A stretch of 64,000 nt of DNA from positions 310,001 through 374,000 of the IMG/VR virus record IMGVR_UViG_3300027749_002876; one strand, written 5' to 3'. Below the pieces are notes generated by a model. The model saw nothing but the letters and a program-made list of their open reading frames with translations. It was not told where the DNA came from and did no database searches. The translations under genes and the position numbers were made by a program. Positions 13,401 to 22,100 of the stretch are shown in pieces (position 1 is the first letter of the stretch; every line of letters starts with the position of its first letter).

Positions 13401-16400
13401 TCATAAAATAGTGTACTTTCATATGAACGTGTGGAACTATTAGGTAACAATCCCTTTTGAATTTCATTATAATCTGTTACTTTCCAATCTTGTTCTTCAA
13501 ATATTTCTTTTGCATTTAATACTTTTAATGCAAACCAATATCTATTTTTATACCTAACGATACTGCCACGAGTATATTTTGAATTAGTACTCCATTCTTC
13601 TATGTTATCTTGATTTAAAACAAACCCCTGTGCATCAACAGTACCGTTCCATTCAGCAGATTTTGTACCTCTGGTTAAAATACGATTTTGTCTTAGTCCG
13701 GTAGTCAAATTATATAAAACATCATTAAACACTGTTACGTTATCAAAAACAATACCATGCTCAAAGTTACTGATATTAAATTGACCATATGCAACAGTAT
13801 CGCCTTCATTTAGTGGTCTAGCACTAAAGAATGTGCTATCACGATTAATAGACAAATCTACACTTTGTATCGGATAGAAATTTTGATTTAATATAAAGTT
13901 TTGTTTTTGTAGTGTCAATGGTTGTACAACATGACTATCTTTATTGATTGTAATTAAATTAGCGGCTGGATTTAAATTAACTAAACTACCTACTTCCCAA
14001 CCAGATTGTGACCAATATAATAATTCAGTAATCATTTGACGCCAGTTAACATCTATACCAGATTCAATTTGGTCAAATAATACACCTTCAGTTAATAAAA
14101 ATTGACCGTAACTGGCAACAAATTGACTTAATGATTGTATATCAACAAATTCTGTACCATAAGGAATTATATTAGTTTTTGTTTCAGTATAATCATTTGA
14201 AATTTGTACTGAAATGTCACCTACGGTGATTTTGTTATAGTTACCATTAATTTTAGGTGTTACTGTTGTAAAATAAGCCGTGTCTTGTGAATTACCAAAG
14301 ACTTTCCAACCTGTACTTGTACTTTGTACAATTATACCACTGTATATAATAGTAGTTGTAGGTATGTTGTCATACAATAGTACACTATAACTTTCATCAG
14401 GAATTAACAATGACGCATTTCTACTGTTTGGTGTTCCTTTTTCTACATAGAATCCAAGCAAACTCTTATCACTAAATCCAGCAAGTCTATAAATTAACCT
14501 TACATCTAAATTATCAAACAAATCAGTAATGTTCTGTGTTGCATTAACACCAACTTGTTTTTCGTAATCAACAATCCAATTAACATAACTTGTCTTAGCA
14601 GTACCAGTACCATATATGGCAACATCACTGATAATCAAATGACTACGATTATTTACTAGATACTGATTAAACTCAGTACTATATTTGTAATTGTCTACAT
14701 CAAACCCTAAGTTAAAAAATTGAGCAGGTTTAGTAAGGGCAAGAATCTTCATTAAATCAAACGGCCAACTACTACTTCTACGATAACTAAATTCTGCAGG
14801 GCCAACATCGCCAACTACCCAATCATTACGGAAAGTTCGTTGACTATAATTACCCATGACAGCATCGAACGGTGATAACAAATTGCCGGCACTGTCTACT
14901 GGTATAACTTGTAACAATTCTTCTCTAATAAATTCAGGTAACACAATTGGATTACCGTTATTCCAATTAATACCCGCAGACATATCTCCCCATAATATTA
15001 AGTTATCACTTGTATAAGGAGCAGGACCGTATCTATTAGTCCACCAACTAGGTTCATCAGTAAAGCCAATCATTTCCCATGGACTTATATTTGGAGTGCT
15101 AGTATCGTAAAAATATTCATATATACCTCTCCAAAAACCTTGTTCAAATGCTTGACCATTAATCTTATTACCTGATTGATTATAGTTGTAACTATACTGG
15201 TCAGTTGATTGATAAAACTGTTTTTTGTATTCAATACGATTTTGTCCAACCCAGTTTAAAAAATACTGGCTATATATTTGTAATACTTCATCATATGAAT
15301 AATCTGTAGTTCTAAAGAATCCAGGTATTACATCATATTTGCTTACTGGAATTAAATCTGACAATTTTAAATTATTGTAAATTCTAGTCTCAAACTCTAA
15401 TAGTGCTTGATCCTTAAAATCAACTAAATATCCATCAATGTAATCACCATACAACTTAGTATAAGAACCATCGTGACCTAATATAAAATATGTAGGTTGT
15501 GAGTAATTAGGATCTAGTACAACGCCGGGTATAAATGAGGGATATAAACCTAACTTAGTTGGTGTATTAGGTATATAACTTCCAAATGTTTGATTGTATT
15601 CTCTAATAGTTACAATATCCCCTGGTAATAAATCTTTTGTAATAGTTAGTGATGGACTATCTGTACTTACTATATAATCTTGGTTAATTATTAATTGAAT
15701 AGTTGAAGTAAAATTATTAACCGTAGTTGTCAAATAAACCAATACACCATAATAATTAGCAGTGTCAAAATTATATATGCGTGTTAATGGATAGATACTT
15801 ACATCTAAAGAATTAGCAAAGGTGTATATATTTGTAGCATATGCTGATTTGTTTGGCAACATATCACTCCAGAAAAAAGGTTCTGAATCAGTTTTATTCG
15901 CAGTAATTTGATCTAATGCATCATCTAATATAGTTGCCGGCGTTTGTCTTGTGGTAAAATCAGTTTTATCTATTGTATAAACCAACAATGATTTAAAATT
16001 TATATATTGTTGACTATTGTATTGTAATGAGTTAAACAAATTGTGATTTGGTGATCTTAACAATGATCCTGGTAATGCCAATGAGGCACTGTTCTGAATA
16101 ATTTTAGTACCCCATGGTACAAGATTTCCCAAATCTCTATAATTGTTTGAACCAAAAATAGTACCAGTTGTGTTTGGATTATTATAGAAAATACTTTGAT
16201 ACTGTCCGCGTATATCGCCTACATTTATTACAGTTACGTCATTATTGAATGGGTTATTTTGTAAGTTGATAGGTATTTGATAATATGCAGTAGCACTTAC
16301 TTGGTCACTTAACAATGTTATTTCAACTACGGTATCAATTAATGGATTAGGTACTGTGAAATTTACAATGGTAGAATTGTCTGTAATAGTAAAAGTGTAA

Positions 16401-19135
16401 GTTGCTGTATCTTGTAATACGTTATTAACATAGACTTGAATATTGGGCCATACTGTATTAGTAGCGGCTGCAATATCACATGTATAGGTTGTAGTTGCTT
16501 CAGACGCAACATAGTTAAAAGAAAATATTTGATATTGACGGCTTTCTGCAACCGCAGTTTGCCAACCCAATTGTCTAACTACCGTTGTTCTAGAGGTATA
16601 ATTATATACATATCCAGTATTAACTTTTTGTGTGATTGGTGATGACCCCTGTACATAATTAAAAGTAGCACTATTTAAAGGTACGTCAAAACTTATATCA
16701 CCCACGTTGTTAACTGAACTATAACGAAGTGGAAACCCTAATATAATATCTTTTATACCTGAACCAATTCCATAGCTGAATAATTTATTTCCTGCAAAAG
16801 ATGTACCAACATATACCTCTTTATTACCAAAACTAACACCGTCATTGTCAAAAACATCAAAATAAGGTGCTTGATTAACAGTTGTTTTTTGTTGTGCTAA
16901 TAACCAAATATTACCATCAAAGTAAAAATCTTTACCTTGATTGTTATAACCCTTGAAAGCAAAAGTACATTCTAGTGGTAATACTAATCCATTTTCTACT
17001 TCTGTAAGCGTAATTACTTGTGTTCCATTACCTTGTATATCAGAAAATCTCACAACATAAATTTTGTCTTTAACACTTGAAGTTGTATCAGCAGAAAATA
17101 CAATTCTTGCACCATCGTATAATGCATAATTGTCATTAGACAAATCATTAGCAATTAATGAAGATGTTGTAGTAGATACAATAGTAGTTACATTATTCCA
17201 TTCTACTGTAAGAATTAAAGTAGTTTCCCCACTGATATTAGTAATTTGTGTATTTCTAGGAAGTACATTAGTGGTATCACTTATGTATTGACCAATTTGA
17301 AAAGCGCCAGTAATATCATCCGTATCTATTGTAATAGTTGTAGTTGTTCCTGTGGCGGCTGCAATGTGAGCAGTATAAGCTGTATATACTTCAACATCTG
17401 GCCAATAGTTTTCTTGTCCAGCCACATACCTAAAGGCATCAGTTGTTCTATCATCAAAGAAATCAATTGGTGCTTTACCTATAACACCGTTATTGAATAA
17501 TCTTAAATTAGGATAAAATTCAATAATAGGGCGTTTAGCTTTATTATCTTGTGTAGCGTAAATTGTTGCAATACTAGGATTATTATTATATGTTGCTGTT
17601 GCATTAATTACGTCTATGTGGAACCATCTATTACTGCGGCTCCATGCATTCTTATCAATGCTATTTCTTGATATGGTAATATAATCTTGATATAAAGGAA
17701 TATATAATGTACTATCAAAATTACCTATATCATATGGCAGTGAATCGTATGGTGTGTACGTTCCTGTAGTAAAGGGTTCTGGAGCAATAAGAGTAGTAGT
17801 ATCTAATAATTGAATAGAGGTGCCCACACCTTCTACGTAATATTCACCTTCTTTATAACTTGTAGGAAAAATATCACCTGAAAAACTTACTTTAAGACCA
17901 TTTGTAAAAACTACACCATTCGGACTAGTATATTGTTCTCTACCTAATATAGTATTAACATCTAATTGATTTGTTGTATTACTTTCAATCAATCTAATAA
18001 TACCTACTTTGTTTGCGCTAGTACCATCTTGGTAATACAATGTATCTAATACTGCACTTAAGTAAGGGATAAGGTTAATTGATCCAGAGGTGTTACGATA
18101 GAAATTTCTTGCTTTCCATTGTGTTCCATAATTCGCTGTGATTTTTTGATTTGTAGGAATACTTCCTGTAGGTTCTAATATCAATAAAATTTCAGATCCT
18201 GAAGTATCATATACTATTGTATAGATTGTAGCCGATACATCTACATCGCCGGTGTTGTAGAACATCACCGTTAAACCTTGTAAACTTGTTACGCCATCTA
18301 TGTTGTTAACAGTGCTTAACAATTGACCATTTATTTGATCAAAGGGCGTAGTGGATACTAAATCTACTAGATTATTCCCGGGGAAATTATAATCATCTTG
18401 TGCATTTTTATATGGAACAGTAAATGTCACTACACCTATTGTGATGCCGTTATTTTCTACACCCAATACATCACGTGTCTGTATGTTGGGTTGTTGTGGG
18501 TCATATCCAGTTATACCAGGTTTACCTTGAATCCAAAATTCTGATGACTGATTTACATTAAATGTATATGTACCGCCACGAATTAATGTCAGTGTTGGGT
18601 TCGTTGTACCGGCTAGATTAATATCACTTGAAATATTATAACCATTAGGTAAACTTTCAACGGTGTAATCAGCCGCAGTGTAAACAATGTCAGTTGAAAT
18701 ATTAACAACTGGTGCACCAGTTGGCAACCAATAATATTGATTAAAGTTAATAATTTTATCTAGGTTGGTAAAACTATCCCATGAGTAGAATTCACTATTA
18801 AACAATCTATCATTGTTATTTGTTATACCGCCTTCTAAACTTAATGCATCAATTATACCAGGATAGCTAATGAAATCCTTAGCTGTGCTAGTATTTGTTT
18901 TTGTAAATACAACGCCTGGATCTAATTGATAATCTGTTCTTGTTTTAGTAGGTTCAACTACGTAACTGTCTTTAGCATTAATACCGTAACCAAATCTGCT
19001 ACCAACATAGCCTTCAATTCGCATCGTGTTTGGTTGGTCAACAATTTGATCCAGTGTTGCACCTAAAAATTGTGCGTTGGTAGGTGTTTGAAATATTTCT
19101 GGTAAAAAGCTTAGTGTTCTAATTCGTGCTGCCAT
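1466..19135 (-). CDS. Giant (5889 aa) multidomain baseplate wedge/appendage protein in the gp7 position
   Basis: Single uninterrupted ORF directly downstream of gp6. Contains YLNEVKPYHVVI, seven FG-GAP-like blades, about 12 G-x-P-x-x-F...YY...FTIS beta modules and three inserted AGSF...GTT.F...GTG modules. Confidence 0.7.
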   Translation of the reverse strand: MAARIRTLSFLPEIFQTPTNAQFLGATLDQIVDQPNTMRIEGYVGSRFGYGINAKDSYVVEPTKTRTDYQLDPGVVFTKTNTSTAKDFISYPGIIDALSLEGGITNNNDRLFNSEFYSWDSFTNLDKIINFNQYYWLPTGAPVVNISTDIVYTAADYTVESLPNGYNISSDINLAGTTNPTLTLIRGGTYTFNVNQSSEFWIQGKPGITGYDPQQPNIQTRDVLGVENNGITIGVVTFTVPYKNAQDDYNFPGNNLVDLVSTTPFDQINGQLLSTVNNIDGVTSLQGLTVMFYNTGDVDVSATIYTIVYDTSGSEILLILEPTGSIPTNQKITANYGTQWKARNFYRNTSGSINLIPYLSAVLDTLYYQDGTSANKVGIIRLIESNTTNQLDVNTILGREQYTSPNGVVFTNGLKVSFSGDIFPTSYKEGEYYVEGVGTSIQLLDTTTLIAPEPFTTGTYTPYDSLPYDIGNFDSTLYIPLYQDYITISRNSIDKNAWSRSNRWFHIDVINATATYNNNPSIATIYATQDNKAKRPIIEFYPNLRLFNNGVIGKAPIDFFDDRTTDAFRYVAGQENYWPDVEVYTAYTAHIAAATGTTTTITIDTDDITGAFQIGQYISDTTNVLPRNTQITNISGETTLILTVEWNNVTTIVSTTTSSLIANDLSNDNYALYDGARIVFSADTTSSVKDKIYVVRFSDIQGNGTQVITLTEVENGLVLPLECTFAFKGYNNQGKDFYFDGNIWLLAQQKTTVNQAPYFDVFDNDGVSFGNKEVYVGTSFAGNKLFSYGIGSGIKDIILGFPLRYSSVNNVGDISFDVPLNSATFNYVQGSSPITQKVNTGYVYNYTSRTTVVRQLGWQTAVAESRQYQIFSFNYVASEATTTYTCDIAAATNTVWPNIQVYVNNVLQDTATYTFTITDNSTIVNFTVPNPLIDTVVEITLLSDQVSATAYYQIPINLQNNPFNNDVTVINVGDIRGQYQSIFYNNPNTTGTIFGSNNYRDLGNLVPWGTKIIQNSASLALPGSLLRSPNHNLFNSLQYNSQQYINFKSLLVYTIDKTDFTTRQTPATILDDALDQITANKTDSEPFFWSDMLPNKSAYATNIYTFANSLDVSIYPLTRIYNFDTANYYGVLVYLTTTVNNFTSTIQLIINQDYIVSTDSPSLTITKDLLPGDIVTIREYNQTFGSYIPNTPTKLGLYPSFIPGVVLDPNYSQPTYFILGHDGSYTKLYGDYIDGYLVDFKDQALLEFETRIYNNLKLSDLIPVSKYDVIPGFFRTTDYSYDEVLQIYSQYFLNWVGQNRIEYKKQFYQSTDQYSYNYNQSGNKINGQAFEQGFWRGIYEYFYDTSTPNISPWEMIGFTDEPSWWTNRYGPAPYTSDNLILWGDMSAGINWNNGNPIVLPEFIREELLQVIPVDSAGNLLSPFDAVMGNYSQRTFRNDWVVGDVGPAEFSYRRSSSWPFDLMKILALTKPAQFFNLGFDVDNYKYSTEFNQYLVNNRSHLIISDVAIYGTGTAKTSYVNWIVDYEKQVGVNATQNITDLFDNLDVRLIYRLAGFSDKSLLGFYVEKGTPNSRNASLLIPDESYSVLLYDNIPTTTIIYSGIIVQSTSTGWKVFGNSQDTAYFTTVTPKINGNYNKITVGDISVQISNDYTETKTNIIPYGTEFVDIQSLSQFVASYGQFLLTEGVLFDQIESGIDVNWRQMITELLYWSQSGWEVGSLVNLNPAANLITINKDSHVVQPLTLQKQNFILNQNFYPIQSVDLSINRDSTFFSARPLNEGDTVAYGQFNISNFEHGIVFDNVTVFNDVLYNLTTGLRQNRILTRGTKSAEWNGTVDAQGFVLNQDNIEEWSTNSKYTRGSIVRYKNRYWFALKVLNAKEIFEEQDWKVTDYNEIQKGLLPNSSTRSYESTLFYDTNKGNLDQDSDLLSWSLIGYRPRDYLALADLTDITQVNVYKNLIKEKGTRVAANNFKGLALPQGGIDYDIYDNWAIKTGEFGGVLNNNFVDFRLNQNLLTSNPSIVGLTNGVYTDGVQQEVPLYSIFNYGRPINNPNVLPTLPSDTPNTVFPDAGYVNFNDVKISAYYYNGLNTAVTPLSKLYVNEYVWLADYLSTWQVYTPSSAGQVIGAVNNMNGTVTVQFATPHDLTKYQPFAIINFNDSVNGYRIVSSVVDNFRVTILLSLSPSVTTILGQGVAFKFSSQRVATPKDINTLPLLDSEFVKNKVWVDENNDGSWAVYRKSLNYVYEDELFKTESITYGSAVAITPNLGYLVTDAEVGAAYRYSYSPVFNSFSIVQTITNGNSFGSTISYTDNLFVISQPTGASYSDRKVYIYDLVINKLINELQEYQVIESPSNNSVVNWGSSVALSGDQNWLYISASDQNLVYVYRKSQLTGQYEYSNIINTPDIIGVGNLNVGGIYVIESLGTTDFVALGASSNTVGIKFTCNASTQSGTGTVSNGGDNFGYSISTNYYGNNIIISAPYQDSGVDDLGYAYSFERLVQTFEAPYNSFPDTPQIFTLIYQPTILLKTASSILSNAITLNNVTGLIAGVNGTPVIFTGNVYGNVALNQVYYIKTIIGSTVTLSLTRNGSTVTLNNSSGNMTMVAQDEPIFVSVNGTLIDDNEYAVSTSSISIYSSLTAGDIINVSGSEFILTQEFTSMDSNPEVGTNFGYSLAVDTYANEILIGAPFEINNKNQEGAVYRYTYGGGSYGIITGYAECNLTEPATILLNGYSVSLPVGNATTVANTIAAANITNVTASASIDNILTIQVISIDLAYINAKLTLSVLNADVLDQLGIKIYTQTQLINDPHSQGRTEFGHTIKFNSAGSFVVSAPVSARYAETTFDASDDENYNNDTLFDNNTTQFLDSFINAGAVYMYDYLSVYNETVNNPGAYVYAQSVNALNVDYGSQPYYGTALEFTNNYVMIGTPNFRPGYDNGQVVIYNNTSGDPDWSVYRNSAPIVNTDAIQNAQLYSVTTNNTLDNLDYIDPLQGKILGAVRQNLDIVSNADPANYNSPDATNKGSAVWGPGELGKLWFDTSTTKFVNYHQSNDVVYNSVWWGRVFPGSDVKVCSWITSDVEPIAYPGPGTPNNFENYVVQYRLNSTGSIVPVYYYWVRNTNIVFNQIGKTLSDTICESYISTPLATGISYMAPIQPNVFGLYNCASNINASDTVLHIGFATGTNDDVSHSVYSLIRSKYADDFLPGLPGTGTTIVPESLYNKMLESFSGVDRTGGVVPDPNLPKPVQSGILTRPRQSFFYNRFKALENYLKFYNEVLLQYPLTETSSLKFLFTKGEINPSTVDNPNWPGTPLLFYNTQDYWEVINWWAPGYDNNTRASLLVESYYDLATINAQLGLIVTVNKNGEGLQETYVYDGVNWNRIGLQNGTIEFNSSLWDYADARLGFGDNFFDTTPYDTFPSEETRYIIRALNEELPSSLLQYRNDALILLFEYIVSETIESQNYLPWLNKTSFIDVGHTIRELLPLEVFQSDNQEFLSGYLNEVKPYHVVIKDFLFKYTGSDNYLGNITDFDLPAEYSTQYEQYITPELVYSNPSGINQYLPTDPIWQSKSYINWFNNQGLSITGVPNYPITILSSFVSLNSSAMVVDNVYGFPTTGVVLIGTEEIAYSSVDRAYSTLSGLTRGVNDTPITNHIPGEQIIIDLPPILLLNSGRGYAEPPKVIAYIDTAIYPAPRRAAILQPVMNLDTILRIDVIDPGDGYQVLPEIIIDPSEIITFSSTVVDLTSRTITLQTQFVQTGDLIKYYVGTDTTPIGGLDDGQYYYLAVLESSPFYVVALYTTYADALQDRDRIIFTNVGSGNNNNIAVSARASCVSTSAPIRENNIKLRFDRTTYTSRVTNWAPDNFYGSFYAGVFNNSTQIASSNITLEATQPPITDILASAQGATFEIQDVSNNQVLQWSSLVRTVSETVASNIITLSYSSEEPNASGSTIGFYIGMPIKFVGAVGTTNLVNNTTYYVASIIGESEFTISATVGGSTFTLNSETISVAGLSCYAGAVTNTAIVTIAYPGILNVTATATTSNFITSPLLPTGTGGTSGFYVGLPVYFVGSVFGGIIDNETYYIITIVDIETFTISTEADPLILSVTATTATGNLITVSSTLELNVNDPIIFIGTTFGGINAGQVYYIRSVDSGTTITIASVINGGAVPLTTASGSCTLTSQTTAVQLTTATGSMTMNVGLPVSPGQVTGQLFTFYPTLTLDNTPYIEVTGTNGNLVTRDTVAATSNGNYLYLRYLSGGLTNIYNNLPFVLSENIGGLTAGTEYYVVSNGTISVEVASSSSSTNKYTLASGTLTTGFYIGMPISFSGAVFGNVVELVTYFINSYDLGGDSFTITDAIGGGDLVLTTDNGQMTLTADNPYITLSTSSGGSVEPITVNQIKETVFTQSPDTSSPPTFNIGNKLGGYIIEVVNQGSGYTFDNTITISGTDLGGTSPLNDLVLTVSGIDVIIANPNFIYSPDNNFLLPIESDGNITSVIGSGTPAGIVNQYYLKVITATECEVYTDSLMTVPVNGITLETEYQLGDYVFLPEPFYFNQSIVKYNNKVWQCIISNNDNEFILGKWELMDSGDRQLNELDRIIGYYQPTVNMPGLDLTQLVTGITYPNGTYLGNAFAPEDQYTIDTNLEDKAFESVGDTAYDVQGDPFLSGYGPEELVPGLISDNLTMIVTTRPGTDWNASIYGHVGFNVVSTEIIPSTNQTEFSFNGIVENPASMALFDIDYSTNLSVRIYDFTVDWVNKIITLGDPVTSTYGLRIDLYEVGNGDQLVKSNSQAIPFIDNMITGFVEMPLNCNYSASRFNGSGVIRPTTDPKQVIAIETDALDNGIVCETVDYFVVNSSIIFQGDVFGGITTDTLYYVKTISYITNKITVSTSNPGGIAGPAFDVTSATGSMLVNIQSTNGLVWTDPIVIHNGTNLVLGEQGIISETNSGTNTIVVNSTDNYAVNDTITFSNAMSFNNFTLTAGSFVLGQLYKIATVGTTNFMAIGALSNTVGVIFTATGTGTGTGTVLAGIIPLQSYYITSIINNEFTDEFTVSSSLAGTDVILNNASGIALCVTNDYAITIVDQGITAKLVFSSQYNQNDDFVVLSIFGETAPIQYGYTVPEVQIFTLTSASTEFALTNFVGQDNADNAIVEYNGLRLTNNKDYTINSSTNTLSLTIITTVGSILSVTSYNLTDRQYLNTIYAGSFTGSVTTVLTISNATHEPGFDDLNYDIGYYSPGPDYLTLGSGSTTSINVNDAIKFNDPTIGGIIANQIYYIVEIFNSTTFAVSENVGGIPVTLITESGSMTGITNPPTVANITAINNSINQPLAVTTVTNTTDTTNIITCGTTAGFILNQPVIFRNITPIGFGNINADGTVYYVKSVADLTSFTISETLVAGVAGPTLELTTDTGLMVASVGGNNSVTITTGVPHNLVENDIVRINGVLGSIELNNNTYYAKVINPTQIGLYFTPYNPTLYYVNDPVTQVSTYLGNGYVWFDRIFTLETTNASATTTLNNAITVSSNRQLILGTPVLFTGTVFGGIQSQVTAGSFIVGNTYQIIETGTTFWTSIGSLSNDPGTTFVATGVGFGNGIATAIYYVNDLIGVYEFNVTAVRNGAVYPLTTGTGSMNVSLWEQTNVDRLWVTVNGKRVPSSALYLNPQNNLSILTVIQPGDIVTITNMIPTATPNETVYIENVNRSNEQSIFRSNSLTRTWLTYGLQDIDDVIYLEDVSRVTASIVQNETAPVVVDDTMSIGLNGDKNTISEVIVYNNTSSLLVDPAEYRIVIENTAPVLVIDIDPTSPSIIVGNNLTVTVILGNLIYINGEQIRYTTVNFDENTLSGLQRGANGTGKLTYIPKFTTVYGILSSNVLPDVYNGFSWNSFNYNLVDGDPLQISTTYPANFLNADVP

Positions 19136-19161
19136 TATAACTCTCTGGTATTATATAGTAC

Positions 19162-22100
19162 TTATCTTATTTGTAATTGCACCGGTGTGAGTGCCGCAAT
19201 TACTAATACATCATTTGCAGTTGCACCATTTACAAAAATCTCAAACGGTGCTGATTTAATTTCATATAAATCACCAAAACTCATTGTAGGATCATTTGGT
19301 ACAAGAACAACTGAACTTACTAAATCACCTAATTGTGCATGTAAGTATGCACTTAATTCTGAGAAATAGAATGTATCTCCAAATCCCCAATTGTTAATAT
19401 TGAAATAACTATTCATTGCAGATAATACTGCACTGCGTATTTCACTATCACTTGCGTTGGTTGATTGAGATTTAATTACCTTAACAGTTCCCTGTAATTG
19501 TGTAGGTGCCTTTGTACCAAACAGTGGAAGAAAACGAACACTATTAGGTATTACACTATCAGTTAACATTTTATATTCATCTAAATTACCATACGCTTGT
19601 TGTAATTCATTAATAGTTGGTTCATTTGGTTTTGCAATAGTACCAGTGGTATCTTGAATCCAATTAGTATACTCAGTGTAATATGCTTGAGTTACCAAAT
19701 ATAAATCAATAATATTTGTTGTAGTAGGATCAATACGTGTGGTATTGTTACTATTATGTCTATATTGATATGCTAATTCTTGTCTGCCTGGTTTCATTAA
19801 ATATTGAGGTTGAATGACTACTATATAATATGGTGTGGTTACTGAAGTATCTTGTACTGTTGTATAAAATATATTATCACTATATGCGTAAAATATTTGT
19901 CCTAATGGATATTCATACTTAATTACTTCAATAGTAGATAATGTAGGATATTGATATACTACATCACTTGTAGGTATTAATTGATAACGAGATAAATTAA
20001 CAGCATCTTCTATCAATTCAAAAAATGTGTAGATACCTGTATTAATTCCACCAGTCACATAACCAGTCACAGTTTGAAAAAAATCAGGATCAGTTACAAT
20101 TTCTTTATTGTTTACATCTATACTTGCTACTTGAACTTCAAAATCATTAACATAACCATCACTTTCAATAGTTTGACCAATTACATTAACCAGTACAGGT
20201 CTCGCTAATGGATAATTACTAGTAGGTTGAGTATTTGATGGTAATACTTTAATGTAATCTGCTAATATCTTTCCAGTAAATGGATCATAAACTAATTTAC
20301 CACTCTCATAATAGAAGCGTGTATCAGCAACACTACCAAAATAATAACGTAATGACCTGTATGATATCTGATATCTATTACTACCTACACTATTAAAGTT
20401 TACAAACCAACCAGATGCATCATATGCATCAATTGACCAACGGTCTTGAGTGATTAATAAAGCATTATTAAATTTTAAACTGAAACTTTGATTTAATTCC
20501 ATTCTAATAACACATTCATTTATTACTATTGTAGGAAGTGTGTTCCCAAATGCGGGAATAACTTGAGTAATAATGGCCCCACTAGGTATAAATCCATTTA
20601 ACGTTATCGGACCCGATCCATTACTAAAGTTACCAGTTCCATTATTATAGCCATCACCTATTACACTTAATACAGTTGTCCAATAGAATGTTGTATCACT
20701 GGTACTTGCAATACCATATACTAATCTATTGGTTGTGTCAAAATAAGTACCCGGTGGGGCAGTAACTTTAATCAATGCACCTTTAGTAACATATTTCATG
20801 TTATGTGTATTGTATGTACCAGTAGCTATTGGAGTATTAGCTGATCCATCTATATTATAAAAATAACCTGTATTACTATTTGCATCTACTGTACTTGTAT
20901 TCCAATATACAACACCATCGCCTGATGCAACATTGATATTATATCGTGGGTAATTCTGTAGATAATATTGCTTTGCACGATTATCAGCTAGTGCAAGTGC
21001 TAATGAATCTGTTAGAAATTTAATAATATCACCGGTGTTTGTAATTGTTAATAATAGATATCCATTATCACCATTTTGATATAGACCACCGTCATTTGCA
21101 AATGAATTCGTGCTGGAGTATTTTCCTGTAGGATCAAGTAGGTCTAAGTTTTTAGACACACCAATAGAACTGCGATTAATAGCGGCACTTTTAATAATTG
21201 AACTGTATAATGTATATGGGAAATTTGTGTAATCTTCACCATTAACCATTCTATTCTGTGTATAGTAGCGAGCAGGAGCACGTAGTTTAATGTTTGCTAA
21301 TGATTCTCTGGCTTGCGCTGTTGAAGCTGGTGTTTGTAATGATAATCCTATAGTGAGTGCTTCTGTTCGTCCTGCTCTGCTAATATACTGTATTGTTACT
21401 TGTATCCCTTGCATTTCAGTTGGATCAATAGTATATGTCAATGCATTACCGCCACGTACATATGCTCTAAAAGTTCCCACTGGTGCTTCGGAAAATACTC
21501 CATCACCAAAAGTATAGCTAACTTGGTCGTTGAATCTTGATACAACTGAGAATACTTTTTTATAACTAGTCTCTGTTTGTAAATTAGCATTTGCATAAAC
21601 GCTGTCTACTAGTCTCCAGAGTGTTCTACCACCATTGCTAGAATTTAATTGGTATAACCAGGTGTCTGTGTTATTGATACCTTGAATATCAATATCAACT
21701 ACTTGGTTACTAATCTGTTGAGCTAAGTTAAAATCATAACTCTGTAACGTTCCTTGTTTAAAATAAAAGAAGAAACCTGTATTTGGACTACCGTAACCTA
21801 ATTTGTCATTACGATACATCATGTTCATCTTACCAGTTGGTGCAGGTGGAATCTCATACACAGAATCTTGGTCTAAACTAGTAACACTAACTAATTCAAA
21901 ATTCATATTTATGGTATCTACTGTACTACTAAATGGTACGATAGGTAAGTTGGCAGGAGGAATATTTAATGAATATTCATCCGTCTTTACTCCCAATAAT
22001 TCTTGGCTATTTCCAGGACGACCAACACGCTGACTGTTAATCAATGCACTATTGATAATTGTGTTAAACTGCTCTAACCAACCAGCATTTGCAGGATCAT

